In this document: piece after piece, positions 1 through 8,937 of the stretch
Numbering within the stretch: the first letter of the stretch is position 1
How the letters are laid out: each line of letters starts with the position of its first letter
Made by a program: the position numbers and the translations under genes
The notes under the pieces: model-generated
Databases searched by the model: none
What the model saw: only the letters and a program-made list of their open reading frames with translations
What the model was told of the DNA's origin: nothing
Source: an uncultured Nitrososphaerota archaeon
GTDB taxonomy: Archaea; Korarchaeota; Korarchaeia; Korarchaeales; Korarchaeaceae
DNA length: 32,000 bases
NCBI GenBank assembly: GCA_964480775.1
Contig: CAYZRF010000011.1
Location: 30,001-62,000, forward strand
Direction of reading: 5' to 3'

Positions 1-1593
1 GGTAGGGATTGTCTGAATGGAGAACGACTTTTCAACCCCAGCATCAACCCATCCAAGAGAAACGGTCTTGCTTATTATTCCCTCTCCAGACAGGACGAGT
101 TCCAACTGTCCGCTTACGTTAGAAGATACTTTACCAGAGACTTCAAACGTCTCTCCCACTGTCAAAGTTCCTAGCTCAGATGTAGAAAATGTGGCCGAGC
201 CTACTACCTTCGGGGTAACTGCTCCCGTTTCTTTATATGGGAGTTCAATTCTATGTACCCAAGATACGTTCCCATCCTCCATTAGAACGTTTAGTTCCAC
301 GTAAGAGAACGGTTTAGAGAGGGTAAACTTGAAACTTGTCTTTCGGGTTCTCACTAGCGGAGTTACAGAAGGAAGTACCTCGAGCCATAGGAGATCACCT
401 TCTGGAGATCTTACATCTATTGTCGGAACTATCGTGTCATTGGAATAAAGCGAAACAACTCCTTCTACGAACACCGTGAGGTTTTCCATGGCATTGAGTT
501 TTTGAACGACGAAACCTACCCTGGGAAGTTTTATGCTCATTAAAGATCCGCTTGAATTGAGAAATACCAAACTCCAACGCTCTGGATCTAGTCTAACCCT
601 AAAGAGAGGCTTAAACACCTCATATTCAGGAATATAGGAGGTTTCATCGACATTCAGGTCATATAAGATGATCCCATCTTTTCTACTCCAAAAGACGAGG
701 GCGTTACCCGCTATCATCGGTTGGTCATAGGCGTTCTTTGCCAATCTGGGGAATCTATCGATTTCTCCTTTAGCTATGTCTATGATATTTAAGAAGCCTC
801 CCGTAGACATAACATAGGCGAGACCTCTTCTACAGGGAATCTCTCCAGCGACAACGTTTCCTCCTCTTAGCGTTATCGATCCTGAAAGGATCTCTCCAGT
901 CGCAGGGTTGACCAAGTATATGTCCGACTCAACACCAGCTAGAAGGTATCCTGCCCCGATTCCTAGCGCGACAACCTCTGATGAGAATTCTTGGTCCCAT
1001 ATGACTTCTCCGCCTTCTGTTCCAAGAGCCATAAGGTGCTTTCCACAGCAAACGTAAGCAACATCTTCCTCAACCAAAAAGACCTCTATAGAACCAGGCA
1101 GATCTACTGTCCAGACCTCTGCTCCATTATTTTTATCAAATGCGGTGAGCTTCCCACCTTCAACAGGCACTAATATCAGATCTCCTGCTGGAACTAAGCT
1201 GGAGGTGTAGCTTCTATCAGAATCTCCTGGTATTTGAGTGTAGTACGCCCTTCTCCCAGTCATAAGGTCAAAAGCCATGAATAAGTTGGCGGTTCTTTCG
1301 CCTGTTGTAACGTAAACTCTGCGCCAATCAGCCCAAATATCTGGAATGGCAACTCCACCAAGAGGTGTTTCCCACAGAACTTCGCCTGTGTTAGCATCAA
1401 CAGCGGCTAGTATGGTCCCACCCATTCTTATTGTGAGGATCTTGTCCCTAGCAACAAAGGGAGAGGATCTTTTGATCGTTGGAGCTAGATTTCCAACCTC
1501 TATCGGCTCTATGGTGTAGTAGTACGGCAGTGCTTGGACCAATGTTGTGAACACGAAGATAAGCATTAAGATGATAAGTAGAGGACGCTTCAT
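1..1593 (-). CDS. Secreted PQQ/BamB-like beta-propeller repeat protein; C-terminus runs off the left window edge (partial)
   Basis: Absent from the supplied ORF track, presumably because it is edge-truncated. I checked every plus-strand triplet in phase 1 from 1 to 1593 and found no tta/cta/tca, so the minus-strand frame is open for all 531 codons. The ATG is at 1593-1591 and an in-frame TGA lies just upstream at 1602-1600. N-terminus MKRPLLIILMLIFVFTTLVQA looks like a signal peptide. Recurrent blade-like motifs: AVDANTGEVLWE, AFDKNNGAEVWT, ALGTEGGEVIWD, VNPATGEILS. Confidence 0.7.
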   Translation of the reverse strand, partial: MKRPLLIILMLIFVFTTLVQALPYYYTIEPIEVGNLAPTIKRSSPFVARDKILTIRMGGTILAAVDANTGEVLWETPLGGVAIPDIWADWRRVYVTTGERTANLFMAFDLMTGRRAYYTQIPGDSDRSYTSSLVPAGDLILVPVEGGKLTAFDKNNGAEVWTVDLPGSIEVFLVEEDVAYVCCGKHLMALGTEGGEVIWDQEFSSEVVALGIGAGYLLAGVESDIYLVNPATGEILSGSITLRGGNVVAGEIPCRRGLAYVMSTGGFLNIIDIAKGEIDRFPRLAKNAYDQPMIAGNALVFWSRKDGIILYDLNVDETSYIPEYEVFKPLFRVRLDPERWSLVFLNSSGSLMSIKLPRVGFVVQKLNAMENLTVFVEGVVSLYSNDTIVPTIDVRSPEGDLLWLEVLPSVTPLVRTRKTSFKFTLSKPFSYVELNVLMEDGNVSWVHRIELPYKETGAVTPKVVGSATFSTSELGTLTVGETFEVSGKVSSNVSGQLELVLSGEGIISKTVSLGWVDAGVEKSFSIQTIPT

Positions 1594-1650
1594 GTCGAAT
1601 CAAGAAACCCCGACGATATTAAAAAATACTCGGGTTAAGAGCAGAAATGG

Positions 1651-2487
1651 ATGAATAACAACACCGAGCTATTGAATGCATTTGTCTCTTGGATGGAATT
1701 GAGGGGCTACAGGCCCGGAACAATAAGACAGTACTCTTATGACGTGAAAAGATTCCTATCTTGGCTAAAGGAGGATCCAACAAAGGTTGAAGAACAAGAG
1801 ATCTCAGCATATCTACTCAAGATAAAATCCGATAGGAATTTAAGCAACACGACAATGCTGAGAAGAATAGCATCACTAAGGACGTTTTACGAGTTCTTAG
1901 TTGATCAAGGAATGATGGAAACAAATCCTGTAACGATAAGAAGACCAAGGGTTAGGAGGAAGTTACCAAGCGTTTTATCTAGGGAAGAGATAGAGAAACT
2001 TATATCTGCTGGAAGAAGTGAAAGGGACAGGCTTCTCCTAAGATTGTTATATGCCACAGGGGCCAGGGTAAGCGAAATATCCGCTTTGAAATGGGAAGAC
2101 GTCAACATAAAGGAGAGAACCGCCGTTATAAGGGGTGGCAAGGGAGGAAAAGACAGAATTGTGCTATTTGACGAATTGACAGCAAAAGAACTTGAAGAGT
2201 ACAGGAGAAAACACCAGGGTCAGGGAAGAATCTTTCCCCTTTCTCCAAGGACTATACAGAGAATTGTCAAAATGGCGGCCGCAAGGGCTGGATTACACAA
2301 AGAGGTTCATCCTCACACCTTACGTCATTCAATTGCAACGCATCTTCTCGAAAGCGGTGCGGACCTTAGAGCCATACAAGAACTCTTGGGTCATGCTTCT
2401 CTGAGCACAACTCAAATCTACACTCACGTTTCGAGAGAACATCTGAAAAAAGAATATGAGAAGTTGTGGGTTAACAAAAAGGAGTAG
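1651..2487 (+). CDS. xerA: Tyrosine recombinase XerA (XerC/D family)
   Basis: 278 aa. N-terminal SAM-like core-binding domain. C-terminal catalytic motifs ATGARVSEI, HPHTLRHSIATHLLESGADLRAIQELLGHASLSTTQIYTHV (R..HxxR..H..Y). Size is typical of archaeal XerA. Confidence 0.9.
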   Translation: MNNNTELLNAFVSWMELRGYRPGTIRQYSYDVKRFLSWLKEDPTKVEEQEISAYLLKIKSDRNLSNTTMLRRIASLRTFYEFLVDQGMMETNPVTIRRPRVRRKLPSVLSREEIEKLISAGRSERDRLLLRLLYATGARVSEISALKWEDVNIKERTAVIRGGKGGKDRIVLFDELTAKELEEYRRKHQGQGRIFPLSPRTIQRIVKMAAARAGLHKEVHPHTLRHSIATHLLESGADLRAIQELLGHASLSTTQIYTHVSREHLKKEYEKLWVNKKE

Positions 2488-2501
2488 ATCGAAGGAGGTC
2501 C

Positions 2502-3434
2502 TTACTCTACCTTAACCTTTTTTCTCTCCACACCAGCCTCCGTGACTCCTCCTCTAGAGAATGCATACCATAAACCAACTCCGCTGTGTGCGTATCCGAT
2601 CCTTCCCTCTTTATCAATTGCTATGAAGCCGAATGGTGTCTTCGTTTTCTCCCACAGCTTCAGAAGGACCTGCTCAACTGCTTTCTGAGGGTGAATTCCC
2701 TCTGATATCAAGTCAACAACTTCTTTTGCTCCAAGTACTTTCATTGCTGCCTCTCCAACGCCAGTACCAGAACATGCTCCAGCTTTGTTGGCATAAGTAC
2801 CAGCACCTATTATGGCGCTGTCCCCAACTCTACCCGGAAGCTTCATCATGATACCTCCTGTAGAGGTCGCGGCTGCAAGACGTCCCTTATCATCTACAGC
2901 TACTGCTCCAACCGTATCAGCTAAGTAGCTCCTTATGAGGTCTGGAGAGGGCAAGTAAGATGGAAACCCCCTTTTTCCAATCCCCTTCATGTAAGCCTCA
3001 TAAAGCTCCTTTCTTGCTTTGTAAACTAGATCTTCATTGACCTCCATTCCAATTATGGACGCAAACCTTCTTGCTCCCTCTCCGACCAACAATATGTGGG
3101 GAGTTTCCTCCATTATGGCTCTTGCTAAAGTAATTGCATGTTTAACCCCCTTCACTCCACCCACAGCTCCAGCACGAAGCGATGTGCCATCCATAATCGA
3201 GGCATCCAGTTCAACTTCTCCAAGTATGTTGAGAGAAGATCCATATCCAGCGTTGAATAGCGGACTGTCTTCCATATATCTTACCGATGCTTCTACGGCA
3301 TCTAACGCGGACCCTCCTTCAAGTAGGGTTTCATAACCTACTTTGACCGCTTTTCTGAGTTCATCCACCCTTTTAGGATCCTCTCGAAGCTTACCATAAA
3401 TTCTAACTCCGCCATGAATTACTATGGCTTTCAT
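2502..3434 (-). CDS. Plant-type L-asparaginase / isoaspartyl peptidase (Ntn hydrolase)
   Basis: 310 aa. MKAIVIHGG start, NAGYGS motif, autoproteolytic nucleophile context DTVGAVAVD, then TSTGG and GAGTYA motifs typical of the asparaginase_2 family. Confidence 0.85.
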   Translation of the reverse strand: MKAIVIHGGVRIYGKLREDPKRVDELRKAVKVGYETLLEGGSALDAVEASVRYMEDSPLFNAGYGSSLNILGEVELDASIMDGTSLRAGAVGGVKGVKHAITLARAIMEETPHILLVGEGARRFASIIGMEVNEDLVYKARKELYEAYMKGIGKRGFPSYLPSPDLIRSYLADTVGAVAVDDKGRLAAATSTGGIMMKLPGRVGDSAIIGAGTYANKAGACSGTGVGEAAMKVLGAKEVVDLISEGIHPQKAVEQVLLKLWEKTKTPFGFIAIDKEGRIGYAHSGVGLWYAFSRGGVTEAGVERKKVKVE

Positions 3435-3448
3435 TGAGATCCATTTTC

Positions 3449-5194
3449 CTATTCATGTGAAAATATTAAGGACATGGTCCCATCTTGAATGGAATCAACC
3501 CTTGCAAAACCGTACCTGACAAGTTGAACCGTATCTCCAACAGAAAGCTCCTTCATATTGGGTTCTCCGTATCCTCCGACGACCTCGTAGCTGTAAACGC
3601 TTATCGGACGGAAGAGCTTAATTGGCGTGAATTTGTCTGCGGGAACCCAGTGGATTATTTTGACGTCGGTGCTCATGCTGGGTACGTATCTAGCTGTGAT
3701 CTCGTCGGCTAGTATGCTTCTGATCTTTACGTTTGAGAGTCGCCATAACCTCACTTCCTCTCCTTCTTTCATTTCTTGTAGGTCTTTGGAAGAGATGTAG
3801 AGTTCAACCTTCCCATTCTTGCTTCTTAGAAGAATTCTTCTCACACCCATCTCTGGTCTTGAAGGATGAACAGGGATATCAGCCTCCAACTCATCAGGGA
3901 CATCCATTAAAACCATTTTTATCGGATTTGGAACAAACATGAACCTTGGAGCTATTGGATCGAGTATTTTCCTGTTTTCAGCAAATATGGCATTCATACT
4001 AATAGTAACATCTGCCTTGCTCGGTCCTAGGTCATAGAAGAACCTAACAAGGGCCCTGGGGTTTATCCCTCTCCTCAATATTCCCCTTATGGTTGGAAGC
4101 CTAGGATCATCCCAGCCGCCAAGTATCCCAGATGCGATTAGAGGCCTGAAGTACCTTTTTGATAGAGGAATTCCTTTAATAGTGACCCTCCCAAACTGGA
4201 TCATTTCGTACTGCCTTAGACCGAGCATGCTTAGGATTGTCCTCTGAACCTCGACGTGAGGCTCGAACTCCTTGCTTCGATGGGCATGAGTTACGCCTGT
4301 TAGGGCGTCTTCAACACTAATGGAGAAATCATAGGTCGGGTAAACCCTGAACTTGTCGCCGTGGATTGGGTGAGGATGTTCTATAACTCTAAAGATGCCA
4401 GGATCCCTCATGGTCCTGTTAGGATGCATCATATCAGTCTTAAGCCTTAGGTGGGCCTCTCCTTCTTTAAATCCACCATCAAGCATCATTTCCCATAACT
4501 CTAAGTTCTTATCTACGGACTGATCTCGATGCTCGCACCCCACTCCAAGATTCCTATTTTTCCTAACGACTGTAGCAGGACAGGTGCATACATAGGCATT
4601 TCCGTTTTCGATGAGTTTTTTTGCATATTCGTACATCTTAGGTATGTCATTGGATTCTATTACTTCCCTATCCCACTTTCCTGGAGACAAGCCTAGTTCT
4701 TCTTCAGCTGCCTCGAGTATGATCCCTAACTCATGCCTTAGGGCATCGTAGTATTCGAGTCTCTCGACCCTTGGATTCGTGTCCTCAAACCTCAGTAGAA
4801 ACCTACCCTTGTAGAGCCTTGCGTAGATAAATGGAACTAATAGCCCTTTTACGTGGCCTAATGTGGGATAGCCATTGGGTTCGGGGGCCATCCTGGTTAC
4901 GATAACGTCATAAGCCTCGGCATTCGGAAGTGGAGGCCATTTTCTCTCCACCTCTCCTCTTTTCTCCTCAATAACCACTCCCAACTCTTCAGCAAGCTCT
5001 TCTAAAGACCCTCCATCCAGCTTGTTAATCTCTTCAACTATCCTCTTTACGTCCTCTATCAACAGTCTAACTTGATCCTTTACCTCAGGCCTTTCTGCAA
5101 TTATTTTCGAAACTACTGGCCCCACTTTGGCCTTACCATACTTCAGAGCGTTTTTTACTGCATGATATCTTATCAGCTTGATTAAGTTATCCAA
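3449..5194 (-). CDS. gltX: Glutamate--tRNA ligase (archaeal type)
   Basis: 581 aa. Archaeal GluRS N-terminal helical domain (YHAVKNALKYGKAKVGPV). Class I HIGH-like motif PEPNGYPTLGHVKG, LLRFEDTNP, and a KMSKS-like LSKR segment. Confidence 0.92.
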   Translation of the reverse strand: MDNLIKLIRYHAVKNALKYGKAKVGPVVSKIIAERPEVKDQVRLLIEDVKRIVEEINKLDGGSLEELAEELGVVIEEKRGEVERKWPPLPNAEAYDVIVTRMAPEPNGYPTLGHVKGLLVPFIYARLYKGRFLLRFEDTNPRVERLEYYDALRHELGIILEAAEEELGLSPGKWDREVIESNDIPKMYEYAKKLIENGNAYVCTCPATVVRKNRNLGVGCEHRDQSVDKNLELWEMMLDGGFKEGEAHLRLKTDMMHPNRTMRDPGIFRVIEHPHPIHGDKFRVYPTYDFSISVEDALTGVTHAHRSKEFEPHVEVQRTILSMLGLRQYEMIQFGRVTIKGIPLSKRYFRPLIASGILGGWDDPRLPTIRGILRRGINPRALVRFFYDLGPSKADVTISMNAIFAENRKILDPIAPRFMFVPNPIKMVLMDVPDELEADIPVHPSRPEMGVRRILLRSKNGKVELYISSKDLQEMKEGEEVRLWRLSNVKIRSILADEITARYVPSMSTDVKIIHWVPADKFTPIKLFRPISVYSYEVVGGYGEPNMKELSVGDTVQLVRYGFARVDSIQDGTMSLIFSHE

Positions 5195-5198
5195 TTTC

Positions 5199-6722
5199 TT
5201 AGTCCCCGCTTATTGGTATCGTTGCTACGAGCCAATCATCATCGTCAAGAATATAAGGCTTGCATTCTGCCCAAACATAAGGATCGATGAACGAGTCCTT
5301 TACAAGGCCTTCATAGAAGGGGACGAATATCCTTTGGGTCTTAACAATCCAGAGCTTACTTTTCTGATATTCTACAAGCAGTCCGACCTCGTCCCATGGA
5401 TCGAGATCATCACCAACCTCTCCGACATCTGTCAAATTTAGAGAATGATCTGGCTGAGATCCATAATCAATTCTTAGATCTATCCTAGCCCAGCCTGCGG
5501 TTAGAGAATATTCCGGAATATGGAAGCTAATGGTCGTTGAGTTCCCGTCTGGGCCAGGTGATATGTCAAATGAACCTGAATCCTCAGTTGTGAGGTTCAA
5601 CCTAACTATGTCAGTTCCAAGTAGAGATTCGCCCACATACTCAAAAACAATAAGTTCGAATCTACCGTCTGGTTCTATTGTTTCGATCTGAATGAAGGCC
5701 TTGGCATCAGTCCAGGGAATAGGAATAAGTTCATTTCTTTCAAGTATAGCTCCTTCCACAAATATGGTGAAGTTGGAAAATAAGGGGTTATAGCGTAATG
5801 ATGCCCAAGTCCATGGTTCTGGGGCATCCATAGGATAAGAAAGGCTACTTGAGTAAACTCCAAAGAAAATGGTGACGTTCTCTCCAAACCCCAAGCTTCT
5901 CGACTGATTCACATTGTTCTCTAGGTAAAATGCGTTGTATTCCTCATTCAGAGGATACTCGTTAGGAGCAGCACCTCTAATTATGTACCAGCCCGTGACA
6001 TCTTGGGTGATCACCCAAACCCTCGTAACACCAGAGGGCACGGTCTCTTCCTTTGTTATGTTCAAGAAGTAAAGTTCCGGAGGTGTGGGAGGAGGCTCAT
6101 ATATCTTATAATCTCTTAGAGGGAGTGGATAACCGTACCTGTTGAGTACCACAACAGCCCAGTAGCCTTTGCTTTCTCCCAGTTCTATAAGCTCCTGAGC
6201 CGAGACAGAGGTAGCATATCTGTTCGTCCCTGCCACGTAAATGAGAGTGTAGTTCTCGTTCCAAGGGTTTGGCATGGCTCCAACTACTCCAACCTCTAGC
6301 TCGCCACCCCAGGTTCCACTAGGTGAGAAATCTAGCTTGAAATACCAACCATCTTCCTGCAAAAGGAAGAGAAACTTTGATGTTTCGTTGACAGTTTCTG
6401 AAAGTGGGTTCGCAACAGGTCCGCCTACAACAATTAGGTGGTTGTTCTCAAGGTCAGATTGTGACACTGCACTTGAGTTTAGTACGGTAACTTCCCCTCC
6501 TATAGAAGCTATGTGTTCTGCAATGAGTTCTGCGGAATCTACATCCATCTTTGCCGCGTTCTCACCGTATATGATCAAAGCCCTTGGCCCATCTTTAGTC
6601 ATAAGAACGGTCTTCAGGGGACAAAAAGGTCTTAGATCTTCGTCAGACCCTTTAATTTCAATTAGAACTATCATAGATAGGATAAACAGGATAAGCGATA
6701 GTAAGACGACTCTTTTCATCAC
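5199..6722 (-). CDS. Secreted or anchored surface protein with S-layer-like N-terminal module (hypothetical)
   Basis: 507 aa. Start is GTG at 6722 or ATG at 6719. Hydrophobic signal/anchor MMKRVVLLSLILFILSMIVLI. The motif ALIIYGENAAKMDVDSAELIAEHI...NHLIVVGGPVANPL resembles the stabilising module of archaeal S-layer proteins. Many N-x-S/T sequons. TATA-like AAATATATTT at 6741-6750. Confidence 0.6.
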   Translation of the reverse strand: MMKRVVLLSLILFILSMIVLIEIKGSDEDLRPFCPLKTVLMTKDGPRALIIYGENAAKMDVDSAELIAEHIASIGGEVTVLNSSAVSQSDLENNHLIVVGGPVANPLSETVNETSKFLFLLQEDGWYFKLDFSPSGTWGGELEVGVVGAMPNPWNENYTLIYVAGTNRYATSVSAQELIELGESKGYWAVVVLNRYGYPLPLRDYKIYEPPPTPPELYFLNITKEETVPSGVTRVWVITQDVTGWYIIRGAAPNEYPLNEEYNAFYLENNVNQSRSLGFGENVTIFFGVYSSSLSYPMDAPEPWTWASLRYNPLFSNFTIFVEGAILERNELIPIPWTDAKAFIQIETIEPDGRFELIVFEYVGESLLGTDIVRLNLTTEDSGSFDISPGPDGNSTTISFHIPEYSLTAGWARIDLRIDYGSQPDHSLNLTDVGEVGDDLDPWDEVGLLVEYQKSKLWIVKTQRIFVPFYEGLVKDSFIDPYVWAECKPYILDDDDWLVATIPISGD

Positions 6723-6815
6723 ATGAGTAGTAGGACCTTCAAATATATTTGAGATGTAAGTTAACCATCTCTCCTACCGAAGTTAATCATCGTATTTCGC
6801 AAGTAAGGTTATATA

Positions 6816-6874
6816 TCAGTAACCCCAGGGCATATCATAGAGGCCCAACTCTCAATCTGGGGTGGTTTCATCAT
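6816..6874 (-). ncRNA. Candidate C/D box sRNA (2'-O-methylation guide)
   Basis: Minus-strand read: AUGAUGA (C, 6874-6868), 12 nt AACCACCCCAGA, UUGA (D', 6855-6852), 13 nt GAGUUGGGCCUCU (can form GAG/CUC mini-hairpin), AUGAUAU (C', 6838-6832), 12 nt GCCCUGGGGUUA, CUGA (D, 6819-6816). Core is 59 nt with both guides exactly 12 nt. It lies in a 183-bp spacer on the same strand as its neighbours. A TATA-like AATTTTAATAT (6907-6897) ends about 22 nt upstream of the C box. Confidence 0.5.
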
Positions 6875-6905
6875 CTAAAGAAGAGAACTCCATGTCATAT
6901 TAAAA

Positions 6906-7643
6906 TTAAGAGGTCCCCCACTTCTTCAACCTCATACCTTCTTTCATTAAATCCCTTCTTATGGCACTTGCTATTGTGCTGGCTGCTGCAACCTCAAGAT
7001 ATCTTCTATCTGCATTGTTCTCTAATACCAATTTGGCTCCTAACTCCTTAGCTAAATGTTCTAGATTCTCTCTAAGTCTTCTCTCGTCAAAAGAGTCAAC
7101 TATCACAACGTCGGCCTTTTTAATGGTGCAAGTTAAGCGCTCTAATGCTTTAGCATGCCATTTAGCAAGCAAATCATTCAAATTACCTCTTTTCCACAAT
7201 TTCTTGAACTCGCTTGGCGATATAACCACAATTCCCACAGCAACAGAGGCTTCTCTTATTTTATCAGCAATCTCGAATAGTCTCTCGCCTCTGGCCATCT
7301 TACTCTCCACCAACCCAATTGACACAGCTTTACGCCTGCCTTCGTCATCTAAAGCAACAGCGCACACAACAAGGGGGCCTTCTGCTTCTCCTTTACCTAC
7401 CTCATCTATGCCTATTCGAGTTCCTAGTCCCATGAACACCTTAGAAACAAGATCTGCTAAATCTTGGTGGTACACAACCGTTCCAGTGGTATAAGCTATC
7501 AATACCTTATCGTTAAAGCCTATTCTGTATAGCTCGTAATCGTTCCTCGTCTCAATTTCCTTACCTCCTGATCTTAAAAGAAGATCTTTGAGCTCTTCTA
7601 GCTTTCCTTCAGGAAGGACTACGCTTAATTGCTTTCTTACCAA
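6906..7643 (-). CDS. RNase HII/HIII-family protein with RNase HIII-like N-terminal domain
   Basis: 245 aa. Apparent TTG start at 7643 preceded by GGGTGG. Catalytic-type motifs GIDEVGKGEAEGPLVV (D-E), VVIVDSFD (D) and NNADRRYLEVAAASTIAS (D plus the AASI-like helix) match the RNase HII/HIII fold. About 75 aa N-terminal extra domain. Confidence 0.65.
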   Translation of the reverse strand: MVRKQLSVVLPEGKLEELKDLLLRSGGKEIETRNDYELYRIGFNDKVLIAYTTGTVVYHQDLADLVSKVFMGLGTRIGIDEVGKGEAEGPLVVCAVALDDEGRRKAVSIGLVESKMARGERLFEIADKIREASVAVGIVVISPSEFKKLWKRGNLNDLLAKWHAKALERLTCTIKKADVVIVDSFDERRLRENLEHLAKELGAKLVLENNADRRYLEVAAASTIASAIRRDLMKEGMRLKKWGTS

Positions 7644-8877
7644 CCAACCACCCTAGGACCAAAACAAGCAAAACAACTCCTATCCCAAGGATGAGCTCGA
7701 TATTAAACCTACCTTTTGTCACGAGAATTGTGAAATTAAGGGTCTTGCTTACCTGGTCGTGGGGGTACTCGTTATTCCAGTAAACCTTTAGGAGTAAGGT
7801 CTCATTTCCAGAACCATGCACCGGTAGCACAAGCTCTAAGTCCCTAAATTCCCCTGGTTCTAAAGTTCCAACCTCAAAGACCGACTTCTCATCTCTCAGC
7901 TGGCCCATTACTATCACGTTCTTGGCAATAAATGAGCCTACATTAACGACCTCTAATTTTAAGCGAAGTTCGCTGCCGTTAACAACCTTTGAAGGCACAT
8001 CTCCTGAAAGGTTAACTTCGGTGGTCTTTAACACGGTTATGTTGGTGCTGGCTTCTATTACCTTCCTCATACCTAAGATCCAGAATTCCAACTCAGCTCT
8101 TATATCGCGTATTCCACCAGCAGTTTCCTTGCCAATTTCGACGTATATTGGGTGAGGAAACCTGATAGATCCTCCAGGCTTTAAGATAGACCTGCCAAAA
8201 ATGTCCTTTAACTGCACCATCTGAGGTTCGTTGGGAGGGGGCGGAAACACTCTAAGCGTCAGATTTGTTATTTCGAATGGAGGCACTGGTTCATGATGCA
8301 TTATCGTGACAGATATGCCCACGGTGTGCGGGGGCTCCAACTTCTTGGGTTCTGGTCTTATGGAGAAAATTGGTCCGAAGGTTCTGATCTCTATGCGCTC
8401 CGAAGTTGAGTAATCCACAGGATAAATTTCCTTGCCATCTTCATCTATCTCCCTAGCCTTCGCATCTATCCGTATGTCGTAGCTTCCCTCCTTGTAATCA
8501 AGTGGAACATGGACCCTAGCAATAAGATTAATGCTTCCTATATCCACGCTCGCCCTAATTATGACATTTAATCCGTTAATTTCCCTAGTTATGCTTCCAT
8601 TTCCTGTTACTTTCAATGTATCAATGGTGCAGTTCATCCCTGAAGGTACCTTCAGGGATATCTTGATCTCTCTCATCTGATTCTTTGCTAAGAAAACCCC
8701 GCCCGTGGGTAGCATGTAAAACTTCGAGAGATTGTACGTTATCTCAAAGTCCCCTCCTTGCATCACCACGTCAGGATTAATGTCCAGCCACGCGTAATGA
8801 CACTCAGCCCTTTCGATTCTTGCATGAGCTAAAAGAAACAAAAGAACTAATAGAAACATTATTCCCCTAGATCTCAT
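7609..8877 (-). CDS. Surface-anchored protein with CARDB/Ig-like repeats (hypothetical)
   Basis: 422 aa. Signal peptide MRSRGIMFLLVLLFLLAHA. CARDB-like segment LKLEVVNVGSFIAKNVIV. C-terminal TM helix ILGIGVVLLVLVLGWLV plus basic tail. Several N-x-S/T sequons. TATA-like element at 8901-8908. Confidence 0.6.
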   Translation of the reverse strand: MRSRGIMFLLVLLFLLAHARIERAECHYAWLDINPDVVMQGGDFEITYNLSKFYMLPTGGVFLAKNQMREIKISLKVPSGMNCTIDTLKVTGNGSITREINGLNVIIRASVDIGSINLIARVHVPLDYKEGSYDIRIDAKAREIDEDGKEIYPVDYSTSERIEIRTFGPIFSIRPEPKKLEPPHTVGISVTIMHHEPVPPFEITNLTLRVFPPPPNEPQMVQLKDIFGRSILKPGGSIRFPHPIYVEIGKETAGGIRDIRAELEFWILGMRKVIEASTNITVLKTTEVNLSGDVPSKVVNGSELRLKLEVVNVGSFIAKNVIVMGQLRDEKSVFEVGTLEPGEFRDLELVLPVHGSGNETLLLKVYWNNEYPHDQVSKTLNFTILVTKGRFNIELILGIGVVLLVLVLGWLVGKKAIKRSPS

Positions 8878-8937
8878 CTAACAAAAAATTACAGATCTCA
8901 ATTTATAGTTTGTTTCATGCTATCCAGCGAAAAACGT

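Noticed and set aside
1651-2487. The tyrosine recombinase as the integrase of an integrated virus, plasmid or island
   Set aside because: Its size (278 aa) and domain layout fit chromosomal XerA rather than SSV-type or pTN3-type integrases. The flanking genes are housekeeping. I saw no att-like direct repeats, split tRNA or viral genes nearby.
6961-7494. 177-aa plus-strand ORF (and similar ones at 6274-6726, 16305-16802, 13146-13562, 26435-26770, 30064-30396, 3037-3336)
   Set aside because: All lie fully antisense to CDS with clear family motifs. Their translations are low-complexity (S/P/T/L/A-rich) with no motifs, starts or SDs. They are typical shadow ORFs.
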